Source: Candidatus Dorea intestinavium (lineage in GTDB: Bacteria > Bacillota > Clostridia > Lachnospirales > Lachnospiraceae). From it: 50,403 bases of DNA. The stretch lies in the NCBI GenBank assembly GCA_019113475.1, contig DXHJ01000016.1:1-50403 (forward strand), written 5' to 3'. Each line of letters opens with the position of its first letter. Positions within the stretch are counted from its first letter, which is position 1. Shown here one piece after another: positions 38,377-48,184 of this stretch. The notes below the pieces were generated by a model that searched no databases, was not told where the DNA came from, and was given only the letters and a program-made list of their open reading frames with translations. The position numbers and the translations under genes are program-made.

Positions 38377-38850
38377 ATGGCTATTTTAGATAGTAGTAAA
38401 AAAGTTATAATTATAGGTGACCGTGATGGAATACCAGGACCAGCTATTGCTGAGTGTGTAAAAACCACACCTGCGGAAGTTGTATTCTCATCAACGGAAT
38501 GCTTCGTCTGAACAAGCGCAGGAGCAATGGACCTAGAGAACCAAAAGAGAGTTAAAGAATTTGCTGAGGAATACGGCGCTGAGAATTTAGTTGTATTACT
38601 TGGAGCTGCTGAAGGTGAAGCTGCAGGACTTGCAGCCGAAACAGTTACAGCAGGTGACCCTACTTTTGCAGGCCCATTGACTGGAGTCCAGCTTGGACTT
38701 CGTGTATATCATTGCTGCGAACCAGAAATCAAAGCTGAATTTGATGAAGAAGTTTATGATGAACAAATTAGTATGATGGAAATGGTGCTTGACATTGACG
38801 ATATCGTTAGTGAAATGTCATCAATTCGTGAACAATATACCAAGTTTTAG
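38377..38850 (+). CDS. grdA: Glycine reductase selenoprotein A, 157 aa, Sec at codon 45 (TGA 38509-38511)
   Basis: ATG 38377 after AAGGAG. Reads [24 protein letters not shown]...[20 protein letters not shown] (CxxU). The ORF track shows only the part after the UGA. Confidence 0.96.
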
Positions 38851-38858
38851 AAAGCATG

Positions 38859-38893
38859 GGTGATGGGGACGTCCCCATCACCTTATTTTATTT
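38859..38893 (+). terminator. Intra-operon hairpin after grdA (perfect 24-bp palindrome)
   Basis: ggtgatggggac|gtccccatcacc (38859-38882), followed by ttattttattt. Confidence 0.75.
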
Positions 38894-38913
38894 GTTGAAG
38901 GAAGGAAACGACT

Positions 38914-40452
38914 ATGAATAGTGTTATTAAGGGCGCTAGTTATGTACTAGTACACACACCTGATATGGTAGTTCATAACGGAACTACACAAACAACAGAA
39001 AGAATTGTTAATCCAGATTCAGATTATTTAAAAGAAGTGCCAAAGCACCTTCGTTCATTTGAGGATGCCGTTAATTACTGGCCAAACCAAACTTATATTG
39101 GAAATGTACACCCAGATAAGTTAAGAGAAGTAGAACTTCCCTGGTATGACAAAAAGATGGAAGGAGCAGATCGTTATGGCAAATTTGGTGAAATTATGCC
39201 ACAAAACGAATTCCTTTTATTAGTACAAGCAAGTGATATGTTTGAAGTTGTTAGACTTGAAAAAGCATTTGTGGAGGCAAACAAAGAAGCTTTTGCTAAA
39301 AATCCTATTATCTCTGAAGATATTGTGGAAAGACTTCACGAAGGTGTAGAGATTTCTGAAATTGAACACTTTATTAACGAGGAAGAAGCAGAAGGATTAT
39401 ATCAAGATGGAAAATTAGTGGGCTGCGTTAAACGTGCTCATGATATAGATACAAACCTTTCCGCTCATGTTATGCATGAAAACCTTATGAGTAAGGCATC
39501 TAGTGTACTAGCTCTTCTTTATGCAGTAAGAAACGCAGGAATTGATAAAAATGATGTAGATTATGTTATTGATTGTGCGGAAGAAGCTTGTGGTGACATG
39601 AACCAAAGAGGTGGTGGTAACTTTGCAAAAGCTGCCGCTGAAATCGCTGGCCTTATGAGTGCTACTGGTTCTGATATTAGAGGATTTTGTGCAGCTCCAA
39701 CTCACGCAATGATTGAAGCAGCAGCTCTTGTAAAATCAGGTGCTTATAAAACCGTTGCTGTAACAAGTGGTGGTTGTACCGCTAAACTTGGTATGAACGG
39801 CAAAGATCATATCAAAAAAGGCCTACCAATCTTAGAAGATTGCCTAGGTGGATTCGCTGTTATCGTTACAGAAAATGATGGTGTAAACCCAGAAATTAAA
39901 ATGGATATGTTAGGACGTCACACAGTAGGAACAGGATCTTCTCCTCAAGCTGTTATGACTGGTCTTGTAACCAAAGGACTAGAAAAACACGGCATGAACA
40001 TTCTAGATATTGATAAATATTCACCAGAGATGCAAAACCCAGACATTACTATTCCTGCCGGTGCCGGTGATGTTCCTCTTGCTAACTACAAGATGGTTGG
40101 TGCTCTTGCAGCAAAACGTGGCGAAATGAAACCTAAAGATCTAAATGATTTCGTTAAAAATCACGGACTCATTGGTTGGGCTCCTACTCAAGGACATATT
40201 CCTTCAGGTGTTCCCTACCTTGGCTATTGCTGTGAGGATATCTTAAAAGGTGAAGTTAAAAACGCTATGATCATTGGTAAAGGAAGCTTATTCCTTGGCA
40301 GAATGACAAACTTATTTGACGGCGTTTCTTTTGTAGTTGGACCAAATGAAGGAAATGAAGAAGAAGCAGGCGTTTCTAAAGAAGAAGTTAAAAAGCTCGT
40401 AGCAGAGGCACTTAAAGACTTTGCCGGAAGTCTTCTAAAAGAAGAAGAATAG
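38914..40452 (+). CDS. grdC: Glycine reductase component C beta subunit (FabH-like)
   Basis: HNGTTQTTE, EEACGDMNQRGGGNFAK, RGFCAAP, PEMQNPDIT, WAPTQGHIPSG. Confidence 0.95.
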   Translation: MNSVIKGASYVLVHTPDMVVHNGTTQTTERIVNPDSDYLKEVPKHLRSFEDAVNYWPNQTYIGNVHPDKLREVELPWYDKKMEGADRYGKFGEIMPQNEFLLLVQASDMFEVVRLEKAFVEANKEAFAKNPIISEDIVERLHEGVEISEIEHFINEEEAEGLYQDGKLVGCVKRAHDIDTNLSAHVMHENLMSKASSVLALLYAVRNAGIDKNDVDYVIDCAEEACGDMNQRGGGNFAKAAAEIAGLMSATGSDIRGFCAAPTHAMIEAAALVKSGAYKTVAVTSGGCTAKLGMNGKDHIKKGLPILEDCLGGFAVIVTENDGVNPEIKMDMLGRHTVGTGSSPQAVMTGLVTKGLEKHGMNILDIDKYSPEMQNPDITIPAGAGDVPLANYKMVGALAAKRGEMKPKDLNDFVKNHGLIGWAPTQGHIPSGVPYLGYCCEDILKGEVKNAMIIGKGSLFLGRMTNLFDGVSFVVGPNEGNEEEAGVSKEEVKKLVAEALKDFAGSLLKEEE

Positions 40453-40463
40453 AGGTGGAAAAA

Positions 40464-41621
40464 ATGGCTGATAATGTGAAAAAACTCATTGCCAACACCT
40501 TTTTAGAGATGGCAGAAGGACTTGAAAGCGGTAATTTTATGGAAAAACCTAAAATTGCCCTAACAGGTATGGGTAGTGAGCATGGTGAAGAAAATGCCAT
40601 GAGTGCAGCAATTGAAGCAGCAAAAAGTGGAATTGATGTTTATTATATCGGTACTTTAGAAGCAGAAGGAGTTACCACAGTTAAAGTAGCAAACGAAGAT
40701 GAAGGTCATAAAAAGATGGAAGAACTTCTTGATAAAAAAGAAGTTGACGGTGCAGTAACCATGCACTTTCCTTTCCCAATTGGCGTTTCTACCGTAGGAA
40801 GAACACAAACTCCTGCTAAGGGAAAATCTATGTATGTTGCTACTACAACAGGTACTTCTAGTGCAGATCGTATTGAAGGTATGATTAAGAACAGTATCTA
40901 CGGTATTATTGCTGCCAAAGCAACTGGCATTAAAAATCCGACAGTAGGTATTTTAAATGTAGATGGTGCAAGACAAACTGAAATTGCCCTTAAACAACTA
41001 AAAGAAGGTGGATACGACATTAACTTTGCTGAATCCAAACGAGCAGATGGTGGCCTGGTAATGAGAGGCAACGATGTTCTAATGGGAACTCCAGATGTTA
41101 TGGTATGTGATTCTCTTTCTGGTAATATTTTAATTAAAATGTTATCTTCCTTTAATACGGGAGGAAGTTTTGAAGCAACAGGAGATGGCTATGGCCCTGG
41201 TATCGGTGAAAATTATGATAAACTAGTTATGATTATCTCTCGTGCCTCAGGTGCTCCAGTTATCGCTGGTGCAATCAAATATGCAGCAGAACTTGTTAGA
41301 GGTAAAGTCTTTGATATCGCTCATAAAGAATTTGCTGCAGCAAATAAAGCGGGACTTGCTGATATCTTAAAAGCTAGAAAAGCTGCTGAAGGAAAAAAAG
41401 ATAGTGATGATGAGGAAGTAGAAGCTCCTAAAAGAGAAGTTGTTACTTTCCAAATCGCTGGTATCGAGATCATGGATCTAGAAGACGGTGTAAAGGCATT
41501 ATGGAAAAAGGGTATCTATGCTGAAAGTGGTATGGGATGCACGGGACCAATTATCTTAGTTAGTGAAGCAAAGGCAGAAGATGCCGAAAAAGAACTAAGA
41601 AGTGCTGGCTTTATTCAATAA
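40464..41621 (+). CDS. grdD: Glycine reductase component C alpha subunit (PlsX-like, forms acetyl phosphate)
   Basis: GSEHG, MHFPFPIGVSTVG, ISRASGAPV, ESGMGCTGP catalytic Cys. ATG 40464 after GAGGTGG. Confidence 0.95.
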   Translation: MADNVKKLIANTFLEMAEGLESGNFMEKPKIALTGMGSEHGEENAMSAAIEAAKSGIDVYYIGTLEAEGVTTVKVANEDEGHKKMEELLDKKEVDGAVTMHFPFPIGVSTVGRTQTPAKGKSMYVATTTGTSSADRIEGMIKNSIYGIIAAKATGIKNPTVGILNVDGARQTEIALKQLKEGGYDINFAESKRADGGLVMRGNDVLMGTPDVMVCDSLSGNILIKMLSSFNTGGSFEATGDGYGPGIGENYDKLVMIISRASGAPVIAGAIKYAAELVRGKVFDIAHKEFAAANKAGLADILKARKAAEGKKDSDDEEVEAPKREVVTFQIAGIEIMDLEDGVKALWKKGIYAESGMGCTGPIILVSEAKAEDAEKELRSAGFIQ

Positions 41622-41631
41622 AAAATAGTGC

Positions 41632-41670
41632 AAAAAGGGTGGAAATTCGCAGGAATTTCCATCTTTTTTT
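41632..41670 (+). terminator. Terminator of the grd operon
   Basis: aaaaagggtggaaattc / gaatttccatctttttt. Confidence 0.9.
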
Positions 41671-41673
41671 AGG

Positions 41674-41702
41674 TTTAATTTTTGGAAATAGGGTGTTATA
41701 AT
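41674..41702 (+). promoter_or_regulatory. Promoter of the GNAT-ThrE/gltX operon
   Basis: TTTAAT, 17 bp, TATAAT (41697-41702), with TG extension. Confidence 0.65.
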
Positions 41703-41762
41703 GAGTAGACTGCCTTAATAAGGTGAAATGATAATAAGAAGCTTGATTGTAGGAGATAAAAA

Positions 41763-42992
41763 ATGCGAATTGAGCGTATTGAAGAAGATAAAGATAATTT
41801 TATAGACATCCTATTTCTTGGTGAAGAAAATGAAGAGAAAATAAGGAAGTATTTAGATAAAGGTGATTTATATGCCTTATATGATGATGAAGTTTTAAGA
41901 ACTCTTTGTATTGTGGTTATGTTAAATAATAGAAAGTGCGAATTAAAAGAACTAGTAACAATAGAAGAAGATAGGGGCCAAGGTTATGGCTCGTATATGC
42001 TTGAATACGTTTCACAAATTTATTCTTCTAGTTGTGACGTCATGTATGTAGCAAGTCCTAATAACCCCAAAGCGTTAGGCTTTTATACCGAAAGAGGATT
42101 TTTAAATGCTCATGTAAATCCCAGCTTTTTTGCCAAGTACTATGAACAAGCAGAAAAGGTGATAGCTCAGGAATTAGGCAAGGTAATTTATTTAAAAAAG
42201 TTACTAGAATCGGAAGTTAACGTTAAACGAGTGGTAGATTTAGCTTTAAAAGCAGGAGAAATGCTTCTGCAAAGTGGCGGCGAAATCTTTCGTGTGGAAG
42301 AAACTATTACGAGAATCTGCAATCGCTTTTATGTGGATAAAATTGATATTTTTGTCCTAAGTCATGGCATTTTTATTAGTGCCAGAAATGGGGAAAACGA
42401 TGCTTATACGAGAGTCCGTGACGTCCCCTTAGCAGCGGCTGATTTATCCGTTGTTACCGCAATTAACGACTTATCGAGAAATATCTCGTCTGGTGAAATA
42501 AGTCTTGACGAAGCCTTTGAAAGTTTAGATAAGATTGAAAAGTGGAAAGGCCCAAATCCCAAAATGTTGATTGTATCATCAGGTTTAGGTAGTGCTTTTT
42601 TTGGTTACCTTTTAGGCGCTAATTTAAAGGAAAGCATTTGTGCTTTATTTATTGGTATGGTGATGTATATTTGGGTTATCTATGCTAAAAATCACGGGGT
42701 TACTAAGATTATTGTCAATATTATTGCCGGGATGATTATTACGATTTTAGCCCTTGCTTGTACTTATCTACCCATTAGTGGCATGCAAATAGGTGGAATG
42801 ATTATTGGCGCTATTATGCCCCTAGTACCAGGGCTGGCCTTTGTTAATGCCATTCGTGATATTGCCGACAGTGATTTCATTTCCGGAATTGTGCGAATGA
42901 TTGACGCCCTTTTAGTCTTTGGTTATATAGCCATCGGCGTAGGTGTCACCTTAGCAATTTACAATAACTTTATGGGAGGTATTTTATTATGA
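41763..42992 (+). CDS. Fusion of N-terminal GNAT acetyltransferase and ThrE/YjjP-family exporter subunit
   Basis: Residues ~1-147 are GNAT (RGQGYGS motif A, ALGFYTERGF). Residues ~153-409 are ThrE (AGEMLLQSGGEIFRVEETITRI, MPLVPGLAFVNAIRDI). One continuous frame. Confidence 0.88.
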   Translation: MRIERIEEDKDNFIDILFLGEENEEKIRKYLDKGDLYALYDDEVLRTLCIVVMLNNRKCELKELVTIEEDRGQGYGSYMLEYVSQIYSSSCDVMYVASPNNPKALGFYTERGFLNAHVNPSFFAKYYEQAEKVIAQELGKVIYLKKLLESEVNVKRVVDLALKAGEMLLQSGGEIFRVEETITRICNRFYVDKIDIFVLSHGIFISARNGENDAYTRVRDVPLAAADLSVVTAINDLSRNISSGEISLDEAFESLDKIEKWKGPNPKMLIVSSGLGSAFFGYLLGANLKESICALFIGMVMYIWVIYAKNHGVTKIIVNIIAGMIITILALACTYLPISGMQIGGMIIGAIMPLVPGLAFVNAIRDIADSDFISGIVRMIDALLVFGYIAIGVGVTLAIYNNFMGGILL

Positions 42993-43483
42993 TGAATATC
43001 ATCCATGACCTTTTTTTGAATGTAGTGTGTCCGGTGGTTGGTACTGTGGCTTTTGCCGCACTTTTTAATGTACCCCATAAGTATTATGCTACTTGTGGCT
43101 TAGCAGGACTTGGTGGCTGGTTAATGTATAGTTTTACTTATCAGTTTACCACCATTGCCATGGCTTCTTTTTTTGGGGCGATGGTAGTTGTCTTAATTTC
43201 TAGGATGCTAACCGTTAAAATGAAGTGCCCCATTACTGTTTTTTTAGTTTCAGGAATTTTCCCGTTAATCCCGGGAGCAAAAATATATAATACGGCCTTT
43301 GGCCTTTTTAATAACCGCTTAAGCAGTGCCGCTGAAAGTGGCTTTGAAGCCCTTAAAATAGCCTTTGCTATTGTCCTTGGCATTGTCTTTATTGTAGCCA
43401 TTCCAAGAGAGTGGTTTAGAGTGGAATATTGGAAGAGAAGAAGACCGAAAAAGTCAAAGATAGGAGAACATAAACATGAGTAA
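42989..43483 (+). CDS. ThrE/YjjB-family exporter small subunit
   Basis: [18 protein letters not shown], about 5 TM helices. ATGA overlap with the upstream gene. Confidence 0.88.
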   Translation: MMNIIHDLFLNVVCPVVGTVAFAALFNVPHKYYATCGLAGLGGWLMYSFTYQFTTIAMASFFGAMVVVLISRMLTVKMKCPITVFLVSGIFPLIPGAKIYNTAFGLFNNRLSSAAESGFEALKIAFAIVLGIVFIVAIPREWFRVEYWKRRRPKKSKIGEHKHE

Positions 43484-44939
43484 AGTAAGAACAAGATTTG
43501 CACCAAGTCCAACAGGAAGAATGCATGTGGGAAATTTAAGAACCGCTTTATACGCCTACCTCATTGCCAAACATGAAAAGGGAGACTTCCTTCTTCGTAT
43601 TGAAGATACCGATCAAGAACGTTTCACTGAAGGAGCCCTTGATATAATTTACCATACTATGGCAGAAACAGGCCTTGTTCATGATGAAGGACCAGATAAA
43701 GATGGCGGCTTTGGCCCCTACGTGCAAAGTGAAAGAAACAAGACTGGTCTTTATAAAAAATATGCCGAAGAATTAATCGCTAAAGGTCATGCTTATTATT
43801 GCTTTTGCGATGAGGAGAGACTAGCTTCCTTAAAGAAAACCGTTTCCGAAAGCGGCGTGCAAATTACTATGTATGACAAACACTGCCTACATTTATCAAA
43901 AGAAGAAATTGAAGAAAATCTAAAAGCCGGCAAACCTTATGTGGTTCGTATTAATATGCCAACAGAAGGTACGACCAGCTTCCATGATGAAATCTATGGC
44001 GATATTGAAGTTCCTAATAATGAATTAGATGATATGATTTTAATGAAATCTGATGGTTTCCCAACTTATAACTTTGCTAATGTAATTGATGATCATTTGA
44101 TGGAAATTACGCACGTAGTTAGAGGAAGTGAGTACTTATCATCTGCACCAAAATATAACAAGCTCTATGAGTATTTTGGTTGGGAAGTACCAACTTATGT
44201 ACATTGCCCACTTATTACCGATGAAAATCATAAAAAACTAAGTAAGAGACTAGGTCACTCTTCTTATGAAGATTTAATTGATCAAGGCTATATTACCGAA
44301 GCTATTTTAAACTTCGTTGCTCTTCTTGGTTGGTCACCCACAGATAATAGGGAAATCTTTTCTCTACCAGAACTTGTAGAAGCTTTTGATTATCATCATA
44401 TGGGTAAATCCCCAGCTGTTTTTGATATGGTAAAACTACGCTGGATGAACGGAGAGTATTTAAAGGCAATGGATGAAGATACTTTCTTTGAAAAAGCAAA
44501 ACCACATATTGAAAAAGTTGTTACAAAGAATTATGATTTAAAGAAAATTGCTAAACTAATTAAGACGAGAATTGAGATTTTCCCTGACATTGAAGAGCAA
44601 ATCGATTTCTTTGAAGCACTACCTGATTATGATTTAGCGATGTATTGCCATAAAAAAATGAAAACCGATGAGGCTTCTTCTCTAGAAGTTTTAAAAGAAG
44701 TTCTACCTTTATTAGAAGCACAAGAAGATTATAGCAATGATGCACTTTTTGCTACGTTAAAAGGCTTTGCTACCGAAAAAGGTCATAAGGTTGGCTTTAT
44801 TATGTGGCCAGTTAGAACAGCTGTTTCTGGCAAACAAAATACACCAGGTGGAGCTACTGAAATTATGGAAATTTTAGGAAAAGAAGAGTCTATCAGTCGT
44901 ATTAAAATTGCCATTGATCGTTTAAGTAAGGAAATTTAA
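43476..44939 (+). CDS. gltX: Glutamate-tRNA ligase
   Basis: [27 protein letters not shown]. Confidence 0.98.
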   Translation: MSKVRTRFAPSPTGRMHVGNLRTALYAYLIAKHEKGDFLLRIEDTDQERFTEGALDIIYHTMAETGLVHDEGPDKDGGFGPYVQSERNKTGLYKKYAEELIAKGHAYYCFCDEERLASLKKTVSESGVQITMYDKHCLHLSKEEIEENLKAGKPYVVRINMPTEGTTSFHDEIYGDIEVPNNELDDMILMKSDGFPTYNFANVIDDHLMEITHVVRGSEYLSSAPKYNKLYEYFGWEVPTYVHCPLITDENHKKLSKRLGHSSYEDLIDQGYITEAILNFVALLGWSPTDNREIFSLPELVEAFDYHHMGKSPAVFDMVKLRWMNGEYLKAMDEDTFFEKAKPHIEKVVTKNYDLKKIAKLIKTRIEIFPDIEEQIDFFEALPDYDLAMYCHKKMKTDEASSLEVLKEVLPLLEAQEDYSNDALFATLKGFATEKGHKVGFIMWPVRTAVSGKQNTPGGATEIMEILGKEESISRIKIAIDRLSKEI

Positions 44940-46768
44940 TGATAGTAAATAAAGCACAAAGGCTCGCTATCGAGCATTTTAAAGGTCCGTGTTTGGTGGT
45001 AGCAGGACCAGGATCAGGAAAGACTTATACCATTACCAATCGTATTAAAAATTTAATAGAGAATTACCAAGTAGGGCCGGAAGAAATTCTGGTCATTACT
45101 TTTTCTAAGGCTGCTTCTCTAGAAATGAAGGAACGATTTTTCGCTTTAACAAACCAGAAAGTAAAAGGCGTAAGTTTTGGGACCTTTCACGGCGTTTTTT
45201 TTGGTATTTTAAGATGGGCCGGGTTAGTGAAAAACGATAGTATTCTTTCGGAAATGGAAAAAGATGAAATCTTAAATGAAGTTTTAGAACAAAGCCAAGT
45301 TAAAGAATATCTTTCTTCCGAAGAGATGCTAGAAAGAAATAAAACGATCCTCTCAGAAATCGCTGTTATAAAAAACGATTTAAGAGACATTGAAGACTAT
45401 AGTGAAAAAAAGATAAAAGGTCTAAGCTACAAAAGTATTTTTCTAGCCTATGAAGCGGAAAAAGCCAAGAGGAATAAAATCGATTTTGAAGATATGATTT
45501 TACAATGCCTAAAGCTTTTTAGGAGAGAGCCGGAAATCTTAAAAAAGTGGCAAAACAAATTTCGCTACCTTTTAATTGACGAATTTCAAGATATTAATAG
45601 AGCTCAATATGAAGTCGTAAAACTTCTTAGTGCACCCCTTAATAATCTTTTTGTGGTAGGAGATGATGACCAGGCTATTTATGGTTTTCGCGGTGCTACC
45701 CCTTCAATTATGCAAGGATTTGTAAAGGATTACCCAGAGACTAAAAAGATTACCTTAGAAATCAATTACCGTTCAGGGCAGCATATTGTTAATGGGGCAG
45801 GGAGAATTATTGCTAAAAACAAGAATCGCTTTGCAAAAGAGATAAAGGCGGTTAAAGAAGGGACAGAAACGGTTCATGTGCAAGAAGTGAAAAATCCTTT
45901 TGAGGAGGCTGAATATGTAGTAGCAGAAATAGAAAAGGCCCTAAAAGAACAGATTCCTCTTAAAGAGATTGCTGTGCTTTATCGAACTGGCGCCGAAACT
46001 ACCGTCCTACTTGAAACGCTAACTAAAAAAGGCATTCCTTTTGAAACCAAGGAATTTATCCCTAATATTTATAATCAGTCGGTAGCAAGAGATGTTTTTG
46101 CCTATATTAGAGCTTCGAAAGGTCCGATTGAAGTAAGAGATTTTTTAACGATTATGAATAAGCCCTTGCGCTACATTAGTCGTAACGCCCTTGGTAGTAA
46201 TGGTGTGGACTTTGAAAGACTAAAAGAATTTTATCAAGATAAAAGCTATATGTGCGAAAAGATTCGACAATTAGAGTGGGATCTTAGAGAGCTTGGAAAA
46301 AGAGAGAATCCTTATTTAGCCCTTTCTTTTATTCGCCATAAAATAGGGTATGATGAATATTTAAGAGACCATGCTTTAAAAAACAATACTGATCTTGAGC
46401 GGCTGATGAGTCAAATAGAAGAACTACAAGAACTTTCTTATCCTTATAGCACTTTTTCCCAGTGGCAAGAACAAATTAAAAAGACCACAGCCAAGCAGAA
46501 AAAAGGTAGTGGCAATGCGCTTTGTATTTCTTCCATTCATGGTGCCAAAGGCTTGGAATATGAAAAGGTTATGATGATTCGCTGTAATGAAGAAGTTATT
46601 CCCCATGTTAAAGCCATTAATTTAGCGAGCATTGAAGAAGAGAGAAGACTATTTTATGTAGGAATGACAAGAGCAAAGAAAAAACTAATTTTAACGTATG
46701 TAAAAGAAAAAGGCGGAAAGGCAATGATGCCCTCCCGCTTTATCGGAGATTTATTCCTCTCCAGATAA
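44939..46768 (+). CDS. UvrD/PcrA-family ATP-dependent DNA helicase (short form)
   Basis: AGPGSGKT, TFH, DEFQD, VGDDDQAIYGFRGA, NYRS, IHGAKGLEY, EEERRLFYVGMTRAK. Confidence 0.95.
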   Translation: MIVNKAQRLAIEHFKGPCLVVAGPGSGKTYTITNRIKNLIENYQVGPEEILVITFSKAASLEMKERFFALTNQKVKGVSFGTFHGVFFGILRWAGLVKNDSILSEMEKDEILNEVLEQSQVKEYLSSEEMLERNKTILSEIAVIKNDLRDIEDYSEKKIKGLSYKSIFLAYEAEKAKRNKIDFEDMILQCLKLFRREPEILKKWQNKFRYLLIDEFQDINRAQYEVVKLLSAPLNNLFVVGDDDQAIYGFRGATPSIMQGFVKDYPETKKITLEINYRSGQHIVNGAGRIIAKNKNRFAKEIKAVKEGTETVHVQEVKNPFEEAEYVVAEIEKALKEQIPLKEIAVLYRTGAETTVLLETLTKKGIPFETKEFIPNIYNQSVARDVFAYIRASKGPIEVRDFLTIMNKPLRYISRNALGSNGVDFERLKEFYQDKSYMCEKIRQLEWDLRELGKRENPYLALSFIRHKIGYDEYLRDHALKNNTDLERLMSQIEELQELSYPYSTFSQWQEQIKKTTAKQKKGSGNALCISSIHGAKGLEYEKVMMIRCNEEVIPHVKAINLASIEEERRLFYVGMTRAKKKLILTYVKEKGGKAMMPSRFIGDLFLSR

Positions 46769-47050
46769 TTCTTCATGTTCCATAGTATCTAGCCATTCGT
46801 CAAAGGCGTCAGCAACTTTTTCGTACTCATCGTCTTCTTCAATGTTTTCTAATAATGGCTCATCAGCGTCTTGTTCAATAAAACGATATAAGAATACTTC
46901 ACCATCTTCATTTTCCCCATTTTCATCTAATGGAAGTAGGGCGATGTATTCTTTTTCTTCTACATCAAATATTGTAATTACTGCGCAAGTAACCTCTTCA
47001 TCATTATCTAAGGTTAGAGTTACGAGCATCTCTTCATCTTCTCTTGACAT
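46751..47050 (-). CDS. Small acidic protein, DUF1292-like
   Basis: VTLTLDN, KEYIALLP, IEEDDEYEKVADAF. ATG 47050 after AAGGAG. Convergent 18-bp overlap with the helicase. Confidence 0.85.
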   Translation of the reverse strand: MSREDEEMLVTLTLDNDEEVTCAVITIFDVEEKEYIALLPLDENGENEDGEVFLYRFIEQDADEPLLENIEEDDEYEKVADAFDEWLDTMEHEELSGEE

Positions 47051-47074
47051 ATGCAATCTCCTTTGTTTTTTTTA

Positions 47075-47126
47075 ACAATAGCAAAGTATAAAAGAAATTG
47101 CAAGAGAAAGTATAATGTAGTAGAAT
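47075..47126. promoter_or_regulatory. Divergent promoters sharing one palindromic -35 (TTGCAA)
   Basis: TTGCAA 47098-47103. Plus strand: 17 bp, TAGAAT (47121-47126). Minus strand: 17 bp, TATTGT (47080-47075) with TG extension. Confidence 0.6.
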
Positions 47127-47163
47127 GAGGCAAAAGGATATTCGTGAAAAATAGGAGTTTAAA

Positions 47164-48171
47164 ATGAAAAAAATACAACGATTTTTAATAATAACTTTGA
47201 TTTTTATCTTAGGAATTAGCCTTGGTGGCTGCAAAAAAAATGTTGGCACACCAGAAGATAATCCGGTAAAAGAAGAAAGTGAAGATGAAACCCAAACCGA
47301 AGAAAAAGAGCAAACAGTGATTGGCTTTTCGGTTATTGATATGGCCAATCCTTTTTATAAGGCTTTGGAAAACTCTATTAAAGAAGAAGCAGACCGAGCT
47401 GGCGATACTTTTATCTCTAAAGACTCAAAGGGAGATGCGAACATTCAAGCAGCTAATATCGCTGAAATGATTCAAGAAGGTATCAATGTTTTAGTTTTAA
47501 CCCCAGTAGATAATGAAGCGATTACCGAGTCTTTAAAGGCTTTAAAAGAAGCAAAAGTAAAAGTTATCAACGTGGATTCTAAAGTAAAAGAAACCAAATA
47601 TGTAGAAGCTTTTATAGGGTCAGATAATGACAAGGCTGGAGAGTTACTAGCAGAAGAAACCATGAAGAGATTTCCCAATGGGGGAAAGGTAGCGATTCTA
47701 GAAAGCCAAGCACAAAACTCTGTTGTTAGTCGTATTACTAGTTATGAATCCGGACTTACAAAAGCTGAAAAAGGCTTTGAAGTGGTGGAGCGAAAAGATG
47801 CTGGTGGCGATCAAGAAAGTGCCAAGGCAGCGGCGCTTGAAATGCTAGCTAACCATGGAGATATTGATGTATTCATCTGTGGTAATGATGAAATGGCCTT
47901 TGGTGTGCAAAGTGCTGTGAACGAAAAAAATGTCACAGGAATCAAGATTTTTAGTATTGATGGTTCACCAACTATTAAAGCAGAACTCTTAAATCCCGAA
48001 AGTTCGATTACAGCAACTGTGGCACAGGCTCCTATTACCATGGGTAAGACCACCTTTTCGGTGTTGGAATCAATTGTGGAAGGAAAAGAATTTGAAAGTG
48101 AATCGACAGAGCCGGTATACCTAGTAACAGAAGAAAATGTTGATGTCTATGGAACTGACGGTTGGAAATAA
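47164..48171 (+). CDS. RbsB-like sugar-binding lipoprotein (orphan)
   Basis: Lipobox LGGC, acidic linker, IGFSVIDMANPFY, VINVDS, FIGSDN, CGNDEMAFG, SIDGSP, ATVAQ. Confidence 0.9.
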   Translation: MKKIQRFLIITLIFILGISLGGCKKNVGTPEDNPVKEESEDETQTEEKEQTVIGFSVIDMANPFYKALENSIKEEADRAGDTFISKDSKGDANIQAANIAEMIQEGINVLVLTPVDNEAITESLKALKEAKVKVINVDSKVKETKYVEAFIGSDNDKAGELLAEETMKRFPNGGKVAILESQAQNSVVSRITSYESGLTKAEKGFEVVERKDAGGDQESAKAAALEMLANHGDIDVFICGNDEMAFGVQSAVNEKNVTGIKIFSIDGSPTIKAELLNPESSITATVAQAPITMGKTTFSVLESIVEGKEFESESTEPVYLVTEENVDVYGTDGWK

Positions 48172-48184
48172 TAGGAGTTAAATC

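Noticed and set aside
35698-38850. grdB and grdA as nonsense-disrupted pseudogenes
   Set aside because: Both TGA codons fall exactly at the known selenocysteine positions, and the frames continue intact.
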